Of a stretch of DNA of 32,000 nucleotides, positions 26,660 to 32,000 are shown piece after piece. The notes beneath the pieces were generated by a model. The model was not told the origin of the DNA, made no database searches, and worked only from the letters and a program-made list of their open reading frames with translations. Origin of the DNA: Alkaliphilus sp. NP8 (lineage in GTDB: Bacteria > Bacillota > Clostridia > Peptostreptococcales > Natronincolaceae). The position numbers and the translations under genes are program-made. The stretch's first letter is position 1. The number at the start of each line of letters is the position of its first letter. The DNA lies in contig JADWMM010000001.1 in NCBI GenBank assembly GCA_015978205.1, positions 143,465-175,464 of the forward strand, written 5' to 3'.

Positions 26660-27238
26660 ATGAATGAAAATTTAACTAAGCGACAAATACAAGCACAAAA
26701 TACTCATAGAAAAATATATAACATTGCTATTGAACTAATTGAAAAAAAAGGCTTTCACAATATTACTATTGCTGAGATATGTAAAGAAGCAAATGTATCT
26801 GTAGGCTCTTTTTATAACTACTTTGAGTCTAAATATGAAATATTAAATGAAATATTTAAATTAGCAGATGAATACTTTTCAACTACTGTACTTTCTAATT
26901 TACAAGAAGGTACTACTTATGATAAGATAATTAAATTCTTTGAGTATTATGGTAATTACAATGTAGATAGAGGTGTAGACTTTATAAAACAGTTATATGT
27001 TGGAAAAAACAACTTATTTACAACTAAAGGCAGACCTATGCAAACTGTTTTAAAATCTATAATTGAAGAAGGACAAGAAAGCAAAGAAATATCTACAGAC
27101 ATGACCTCTGACGAAATCGTACGACTTTTATTTATTACTGTTAGAGGGATTATATATGACTGGTGCTTACATGATGGTAAATATGACTTAACTGACACTA
27201 TAAGTGATTATATAAAAAGAATAGTTTATACTCTATAA
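26660..27238 (+). CDS. TetR/AcrR-family transcriptional regulator
   Basis: 192 aa. The N-terminal HTH is GFHNITIAEICKEANVSVGSFYNYFESKYEIL, the canonical TetR_N pattern. RBS is AGGAGA. Confidence 0.85.
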   Translation: MNENLTKRQIQAQNTHRKIYNIAIELIEKKGFHNITIAEICKEANVSVGSFYNYFESKYEILNEIFKLADEYFSTTVLSNLQEGTTYDKIIKFFEYYGNYNVDRGVDFIKQLYVGKNNLFTTKGRPMQTVLKSIIEEGQESKEISTDMTSDEIVRLLFITVRGIIYDWCLHDGKYDLTDTISDYIKRIVYTL

Positions 27239-27248
27239 TGTAGTAAAC

Positions 27249-27286
27249 AAAAAAACTTAGTTCAAAGATTTGAACTAAGTTTTTTA
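27249..27286. terminator. Bidirectional terminator (copy 2 of the repeated hairpin)
   Basis: AAAAAAACTTAGTTCAA-AGAT-TTGAACTAAGTTTTTT is a perfect 12-bp stem with an A-run and a T-run. Confidence 0.65.
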
Positions 27287-27315
27287 TTTATTATATTTAT
27301 ATTATTATAGCTTAA

Positions 27316-28737
27316 CTAGTTTGATTCAACTTCAACTGAAGCGTTACCATTTGTAACTTTATGAGATTGTTTAATAATATTAGATCCAACTACACATATA
27401 GCAGCTGAAATAATAACTGGTAATGAAAACGCTATTAATAATTTATTAGCTATAAAAAATGGTACTCCTGAAATAATTCCTGCTATAGCAGCTACAAGAG
27501 CAATATTTTCTGTTATATACTTGTTAAACAATCCAAAAAATAATGGGATAAATACTCCTGCACATATTAAGTCAGCTACAAAGAAAAGATAAAGAACACT
27601 ATATCCTTTTGCTGCTATTAATGTTGCTGGTAAAATTAAAATAACAGTTATGACTCTAGCAAAAGTCAGTAAAGATTCTTTTTTTATGTTTTTAAATACT
27701 TTAGAGCCATCTATTGCAAATGTAGCCACCATAGCATTTAAAAGTGTATCTACTGTACTCATTACTAAAACTAGTGCTAATACAAAAACCACTATTATTA
27801 ACCCATTCGGGAAAAGTGTATATACTAAAGAAAATAATGCAATAGATGGATTTTCTGCTAGTCCAAGTCCAGCTGATATAACTCCAAAAAATCCTGTTAT
27901 TAACATTACAGGCAGTACTATTAATATACATGTTACTAAAGATTTTTTAATAGCTTTATTATCCTTGCCTGAATATATTCTTTGCCAGTATCCTTGGTGA
28001 AATAAATTAGATGCGAATACTGCAATACAAAGAGTTAAACCATATTCTATTCCACCCCAGTTTGCTAAATTAAATAAATGTGGTGAACTTTCACTAGCTT
28101 TACTTATTATTTCTCCTATGCCACCACCATAGTATATAACTCCGCCAGTTACTATTATTAAAAGAATACCTACTAAAATCATTTGAATCATGTCTGTAAA
28201 CATAGAGGCCTTAAGTCCACCATATATAGTATAGATCATAGTGCTTAATCCAATAAGAAGAGCTGTATAAAGCAGTGGTACTTCTGCCAACTCATATGCT
28301 ACTAAAGCTATAGATGTAAGCTCTGCTACCAAATGTACAAACATATAAAATATAGATAAAAGTACTGTTAATCTATACATCTTTGATCCATATCTTTTAA
28401 AGACATAATCATTTAATGTACTCCCTTCTGGCAAATACTCTCTAACTTTAGGACTTAAAACTAAAAAAGCAAAGTAAAGACTAGCTACTCCTACTCCATA
28501 GCCTATAATAGTTGAAATACCGCCTATAGATCCTGCTTCTGGTGGAGTAAAAAGTATAAATACTCCTAAGAAAGATGCTAAAAATGTAGCAGATAATACT
28601 TTAGATCCTGTAGTGCCTCTAGCAGTTAGAAAATCGTCCATACTTTCTATTTTTCCACGACTATATAAAACACCAATAATAGCAAAAACACTAACTGTTA
28701 CTAACAATAAAGTCATTATATTAAAATATGAAATCAT
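27316..28737 (-). CDS. Sodium:solute symporter (SSS) family transporter, last gene of the thiamine salvage operon
   Basis: 473 aa with about 13 hydrophobic segments. The N-terminal ...SMDDFLTARGTTGS and overall layout resemble PanF/PutP-type SSS proteins. It forms an ATGA overlap with the thiE stop (28737..28734). Confidence 0.8.
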   Translation of the reverse strand: MISYFNIMTLLLVTVSVFAIIGVLYSRGKIESMDDFLTARGTTGSKVLSATFLASFLGVFILFTPPEAGSIGGISTIIGYGVGVASLYFAFLVLSPKVREYLPEGSTLNDYVFKRYGSKMYRLTVLLSIFYMFVHLVAELTSIALVAYELAEVPLLYTALLIGLSTMIYTIYGGLKASMFTDMIQMILVGILLIIVTGGVIYYGGGIGEIISKASESSPHLFNLANWGGIEYGLTLCIAVFASNLFHQGYWQRIYSGKDNKAIKKSLVTCILIVLPVMLITGFFGVISAGLGLAENPSIALFSLVYTLFPNGLIIVVFVLALVLVMSTVDTLLNAMVATFAIDGSKVFKNIKKESLLTFARVITVILILPATLIAAKGYSVLYLFFVADLICAGVFIPLFFGLFNKYITENIALVAAIAGIISGVPFFIANKLLIAFSLPVIISAAICVVGSNIIKQSHKVTNGNASVEVESN

Positions 28738-29363
28738 TTTGATATCTCCTTTAAATTTTCTGATGCTTCTTTAATATTTTCTTTTCCTAAAATAGCAGAA
28801 ACTACTGCGACCCCATCTATACCTGTATCCATTGCAGATTTTATATTAAATTCATTAATGCCACCTATTCCAACTACTGGAATATTAATATTTTGTTTAA
28901 TACTTTTAATTTGATCTAAACTTACTGAATTTGCATCTACTTTAGTATCTGTTGGAAATAATGCCCCAACTCCTATATAATCCGCTCCATCATCTACAGC
29001 TTTTTTAGCTTCTTCTAACGTTGAAACAGAAACTCCTAAAATTTTATCTTCTCCTAAAATATTTCTAACAATATTAGCTGGCATATCATTTTGTCCTACA
29101 TGTACACCTTCTGCATCTACTGCCATAGCAATGTCTAATCTATCGTTAATTATTAGAGGAATATTATATTTAGCTGTAAGCTCTTTAACCTTAACTGCAA
29201 GCTCATAAAACTCTAAAGAATTAGCGTTTTTTTCTCTAAGCTGTATCAGTGTAACTCCACCTAAAATAGCTTCTTCTAAGCTCTTTATAAAATCTTTTCC
29301 ATTTAAAACATTTCTATCAGATACTAAATAAAGACTGTAATCAATATTTTTATTTAATTTCAT
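28734..29363 (-). CDS. thiE: Thiamine-phosphate synthase
   Basis: Contains LYLVSDR, LIQLREK, IINDRLDIAMAVDAEGVHVGQNDMP, GVSV, DYIGVGALFPT and VVGIGGI, the ThiE motifs. Start is uncertain: I chose MKLNKNIDYS (29363). The track's 29396 start would overlap thiM by 47 nt. Confidence 0.85.
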   Translation of the reverse strand: MKLNKNIDYSLYLVSDRNVLNGKDFIKSLEEAILGGVTLIQLREKNANSLEFYELAVKVKELTAKYNIPLIINDRLDIAMAVDAEGVHVGQNDMPANIVRNILGEDKILGVSVSTLEEAKKAVDDGADYIGVGALFPTDTKVDANSVSLDQIKSIKQNINIPVVGIGGINEFNIKSAMDTGIDGVAVVSAILGKENIKEASENLKEISK

Positions 29364-30168
29364 AAACTTTTCCCATCTCCTTAATATCATCCTCATTAAA
29401 ATTACTTACTGCATCTATTAAATAAACTCTAAAGCTTCCTAAGCCCTCATTATGTTTTAAATGTTGTTGTGCTTTTTCTCCTGAAATACCCATTATCATG
29501 ATTCCTGTAATTGCTCCATATAAGCTATTTTCTTCTGCACCACAGCAAGCACCTATTAGTGATGAACTCATACAACCTGTGCCTGTTATACTGGATAACA
29601 TTTTATGACCATTATTAATAGAGTAAACTTTTTTACCATCAGAAATAATATCTACTGCTCCTGTTATTGCAACTATACAATTAAGCCTTTTTCCAAGATT
29701 AATAGCTATTTCTTTACCTCCATCTAATGAATCGTCAATTGAGTCTACTCCCTTAGTTTCTGTTTCTATGCCGTATATATTTTTAATCTCTGACATATTT
29801 CCTCTTAATACAGATAATTTTACTTCTTTTAAAATTCTTTCTACTGCTTTATTCCTTAAACTAGTAGCACCTATACCTACAGGGTCTAGTATTACTGGAA
29901 TATTTAATTCATTAGCTTTTTTTCCCGCTAATATGAAAGATTCTATAGTCCTCGTATTTAATGTTCCTATATTTAATACTAAAACAGAAGCTATAGATAC
30001 CATTTCTTCAACTTCATTTTTATCGTCTGCCATCACAGGACTTCCACCTATAGCTAATACAATATTGGCACAATCGTTAACTGTAACATAATTTGTTATA
30101 TGATGTACAAGTGGAGATTTTTTCTTTATGTTTTCTAAAACTTTATAAATCTGATTATTAATGTCCAT
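29350..30168 (-). CDS. thiM: Hydroxyethylthiazole kinase
   Basis: 272 aa. Contains PLVHHITNYVTVNDCANIVLAIGGSPVMAD, LNIGTL, VLDPVG and ITGTGCMSSSLIGA, typical of ThiM. Confidence 0.9.
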   Translation of the reverse strand: MDINNQIYKVLENIKKKSPLVHHITNYVTVNDCANIVLAIGGSPVMADDKNEVEEMVSIASVLVLNIGTLNTRTIESFILAGKKANELNIPVILDPVGIGATSLRNKAVERILKEVKLSVLRGNMSEIKNIYGIETETKGVDSIDDSLDGGKEIAINLGKRLNCIVAITGAVDIISDGKKVYSINNGHKMLSSITGTGCMSSSLIGACCGAEENSLYGAITGIMIMGISGEKAQQHLKHNEGLGSFRVYLIDAVSNFNEDDIKEMGKVYEIK

Positions 30169-30203
30169 AATTTTCCCCCTATATTATAAAATTGATTTTA
30201 AAT

Positions 30204-30986
30204 TTAATAAAAATTATGAAAATGATGTACTGGTCCTACCCCTTTACCAATGGAAAAAGATTTTTCTATTGCAGTAGTTATGTATTTTTTTGCATTTTCT
30301 ATTGACTTAGTAATGGATAGTCCTTTACCTAAATTAGATGCTATTGCTGATGATAGTGTACAACCTGTACCATGTGTATTTTTAGTATTTATTCTTGGAG
30401 AATTATAATATATAAACTCTTTGCCATCGTATAATATATCTATAGCTTCACCTTCTAAATGTCCACCTTTAATCAACACATATTTAGGTCCCATTTTATG
30501 AATTTCTTTTGCTGCTTTTTTCATATCTTCTATAGTTTCTATTTTAAATTCTGTTATAACCTCAGCTTCTGGTAAGTTGGGAGTAACAACTGTTGCCATA
30601 GGTATTAAGTTTTTTATTAAGGCTTCTTTAGCTTCTAGTTGGAGTAGATGATACCCACTTTTTGAAACCATTACAGGATCAATTACTAAGTTTTCAACTT
30701 TATATTTACTCAATGTTTCAGCAATAGTTATTATAGTTTCTGTTTTAGAAACCATACCAATTTTAACTGCATCTACAGAAATATCTTCGAAAATAACTTC
30801 TATTTGTTTTTTAATAATATCTGTAGAAATATCCTGTACTGCAAAAACACCTTCTGTATTCTGAGCAGTTACTGCTGTAATAACGCTCATTCCAAATACC
30901 TCGTGAGCTGAAAATGTCTTTAAATCTGCTTGTATTCCAGCTCCTCCACAACTGTCAGATCCTGCTATTGTTAATAATTTTTTCAT
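30204..30986 (-). CDS. thiD: Bifunctional hydroxymethylpyrimidine/phosphomethylpyrimidine kinase
   Basis: 260 aa. Contains LTIAGSDSCGGAGIQADLKTF, VKIGMV, DPVMVSKSG, IKGGH and THGTGCTLSSAIA, typical of ThiD. Confidence 0.9.
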   Translation of the reverse strand: MKKLLTIAGSDSCGGAGIQADLKTFSAHEVFGMSVITAVTAQNTEGVFAVQDISTDIIKKQIEVIFEDISVDAVKIGMVSKTETIITIAETLSKYKVENLVIDPVMVSKSGYHLLQLEAKEALIKNLIPMATVVTPNLPEAEVITEFKIETIEDMKKAAKEIHKMGPKYVLIKGGHLEGEAIDILYDGKEFIYYNSPRINTKNTHGTGCTLSSAIASNLGKGLSITKSIENAKKYITTAIEKSFSIGKGVGPVHHFHNFY

Positions 30987-31489
30987 TTAACATCACCTCT
31001 ATTATTATAAATTGTTAAAACTCCTGTCTTTAAAATCACTTTAAATATAATATATCCTATGATTACACCTACAAAGGAACTTAAAACAAATGGTCCTGTA
31101 AATGCAAATAATGCAGCTTCTCTACCCATAAATACTTTTGCTACTGGGTAAGAAACTAATCCACCAATAATGCCCGTACCAAATACTTCACCTATAATTG
31201 CATAGAAAGGCTTTTTAGTTTTGCTATATAAAACACCCGCTAAAAATGCGCCTATCATACTTCCTGGAAAAGCAAGTAAGGAACCTGTTCCTAACAAATT
31301 TCTTATTAAAGAAATTACAAATGCAACTGTAACTGCATAGCCTGGTCCAAACAATACGGCTGTTAAAAGGTTAATAGCATGTTGGACTGGAAAAACCTTG
31401 GACACTCCTATAGGAATATAAACTATGTGGGAACTTATAGCTCCAATTGCCACTATTAATGATGCTGTTGTTAATTTTTTAGAGTTCAT
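30983..31489 (-). CDS. thiW: ThiW, predicted hydroxyethylthiazole ECF-type S-component transporter
   Basis: 168 aa with 5-6 TM segments (VFPVQHAINLLTAVLFGPGYA...). It is the first gene after the THI-box, overlaps thiD by ATGA, and has an AGGAAGTGA RBS. Confidence 0.8.
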   Translation of the reverse strand: MNSKKLTTASLIVAIGAISSHIVYIPIGVSKVFPVQHAINLLTAVLFGPGYAVTVAFVISLIRNLLGTGSLLAFPGSMIGAFLAGVLYSKTKKPFYAIIGEVFGTGIIGGLVSYPVAKVFMGREAALFAFTGPFVLSSFVGVIIGYIIFKVILKTGVLTIYNNRGDVK

Positions 31490-31515
31490 TTTATCACTTC
31501 CTTTACAAAAATATA

Positions 31516-31549
31516 AAAAGCACAGACTCGACGTAGGATCTGTGCTTTT
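31516..31549 (-). terminator. Riboswitch expression-platform terminator
   Basis: Minus strand reads AAAAGCACAGA-TCCTACGTCGAG-TCTGTGCTTTTT followed by ATATTTTT. It lies between the TPP aptamer and the thiW RBS. Confidence 0.7.
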
Positions 31550-31589
31550 ATATGCATATATACAAATATATAATATAATACATCTTCAA

Positions 31590-31690
31590 TACACTTTCCT
31601 ACGCTGGTATAATCCAGATCAGGTTAAAGGGATCAAAGACATAATAGGGTCTTTATCTCAGCCGGCCTTTCCAGCTCTCCCAGTGTTTGA
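31590..31690 (-). promoter_or_regulatory. TPP (THI-box) riboswitch aptamer
   Basis: Minus strand reads ...CACUGGGAGAGCUGGAAAGGCCGGCUGAGAUAAAGACCC...UUUAACCUGAUCUGGAUUAUACCAGCGUAGGAAAGUGU. It contains the invariant CUGAGA and ACCUGAUCUGGAU-AU-CCAGCG-AGG elements. Confidence 0.9.
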
Positions 31691-31720
31691 CTTCAATTTA
31701 ATTTTTCATTTTACAAACAT

Positions 31721-31749
31721 ATAATATCATACAGCATTTTTTTAAGCAA
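31721..31749 (-). promoter_or_regulatory. Possible SigA promoter for the thi operon
   Basis: Minus strand reads TTGCTT - 17 nt - TATTAT, about 30 nt upstream of the aptamer. Confidence 0.4.
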
Positions 31750-31761
31750 CAAAAATAAAAT

Positions 31762-32000
31762 TTATATTACAAAGCCTCCATTAACACTTATAACCTGTCC
31801 TGTTATAAAATCAGCTTTTTCCGATGCTATATATAAAACATTTTCTGCCACTTCTTCTGGTTTTCCAAATCTCATTAAAGGTGTATCTTCTACTAACCAT
31901 GATTTTTCTTCTTCATTTAGAAAACTATTCATATCTGTTTCTATTATGCCAGGAGCTATACAGTTTACTTGAATATTAGAAGGACCTAATTCTTTTGCTA
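31762..32000 (-). CDS. Short-chain dehydrogenase/reductase (FabG-like), C-terminal 78 codons; N-terminus beyond the window
   Basis: My minus-strand translation from 31998 reads AKELGPSNIQVNCIAPGIIETDMNSFLNEEEKSWLVEDTPLMRFGKPEEVAENVLYIASEKADFITGQVISVNGGFVI*. IAPGxIxTDM, RxGxPEEVA and ITGQxIxVNGG are classic SDR C-terminal motifs. The stop is at 31764..31762. Confidence 0.75.
   Translation of the reverse strand, partial: AKELGPSNIQVNCIAPGIIETDMNSFLNEEEKSWLVEDTPLMRFGKPEEVAENVLYIASEKADFITGQVISVNGGFVI

Noticed and set aside
26956-28000. ORFs 26956..27198 (-), 27650..28000 (+) and 27701..27931 (-)
   Set aside because: They are antisense or alternative-frame shadows within the TetR and SSS genes.
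29364-30091. The thiE extension to 29396, and plus-strand ORF 29768..30091
   Set aside because: The extension would overlap thiM by 47 nt and adds a non-conserved MRMILRRWEKF. The plus ORF is antisense to thiM. The thiE start remains somewhat uncertain.
31425-31724. Plus-strand ORF 31425..31724 (99 aa)
   Set aside because: It spans the thiW 5' end, the riboswitch terminator and the TPP aptamer on the opposite strand. The region is fully explained by the THI-box leader.
1-32000. Search by eye for CRISPR arrays, tRNA/rRNA genes, transposases, integrases, phage genes, toxin-antitoxin pairs or known defence-system signatures
   Set aside because: None found. All ORFs above ~150 aa are accounted for by housekeeping, transport, regulatory or metabolic families, or by the hypothetical proteins listed. 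The only repeats seen are the rsgI coding repeats, the TetR operator-like motif and the two similar hairpins.

Overview
AT-rich (by eye, roughly 30% GC) chromosomal segment from a spore-forming, low-GC Firmicute, probably class Clostridia. Supporting markers are spmA/spmB, abrB with a Spo0A box, sigI-rsgI, a T-box leader and an SLH-domain protein. The first ~19 kb is mostly housekeeping and recalls the Bacillus subtilis metS-yabD-yabE-rnmV-ksgA and yabB-yabC-abrB neighbourhoods, with insertions: an SLH protein, a split pseudokinase-like gene, spmAB and pncB. The remaining ~13 kb is more accessory. It holds a DAACS-family transporter, sigI-rsgI, a divergent short cis-prenyltransferase paralog, a split chromate-transporter pair, and an extracytosolic FMN-bind/FAD reductase lipoprotein with a divergent TetR regulator. 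It also holds a TPP-riboswitch-controlled thiamine salvage operon (thiW-thiD-thiM-thiE plus an SSS-family transporter). Two riboswitch-class leaders are readable directly: a Met T-box upstream of metG and a THI-box upstream of thiW. I see no CRISPR array, tRNA/rRNA gene, transposase, integrase or recognisable defence system. I also found no convincing multi-gene novel system. The best second-look candidates are: (1) the pseudokinase-like membrane gene split from its extracellular domain by a single in-frame TAA; (2) the RsgI tail built of HPVF-xx-HP repeats; (3) the reductase-TetR module bracketed by near-identical hairpins, with a repeated operator-like motif; (4) the orphan cis-prenyltransferase; (5) the SSS transporter embedded in the thiamine operon. 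All family calls come from reading motifs in the supplied translations, not from database searches.
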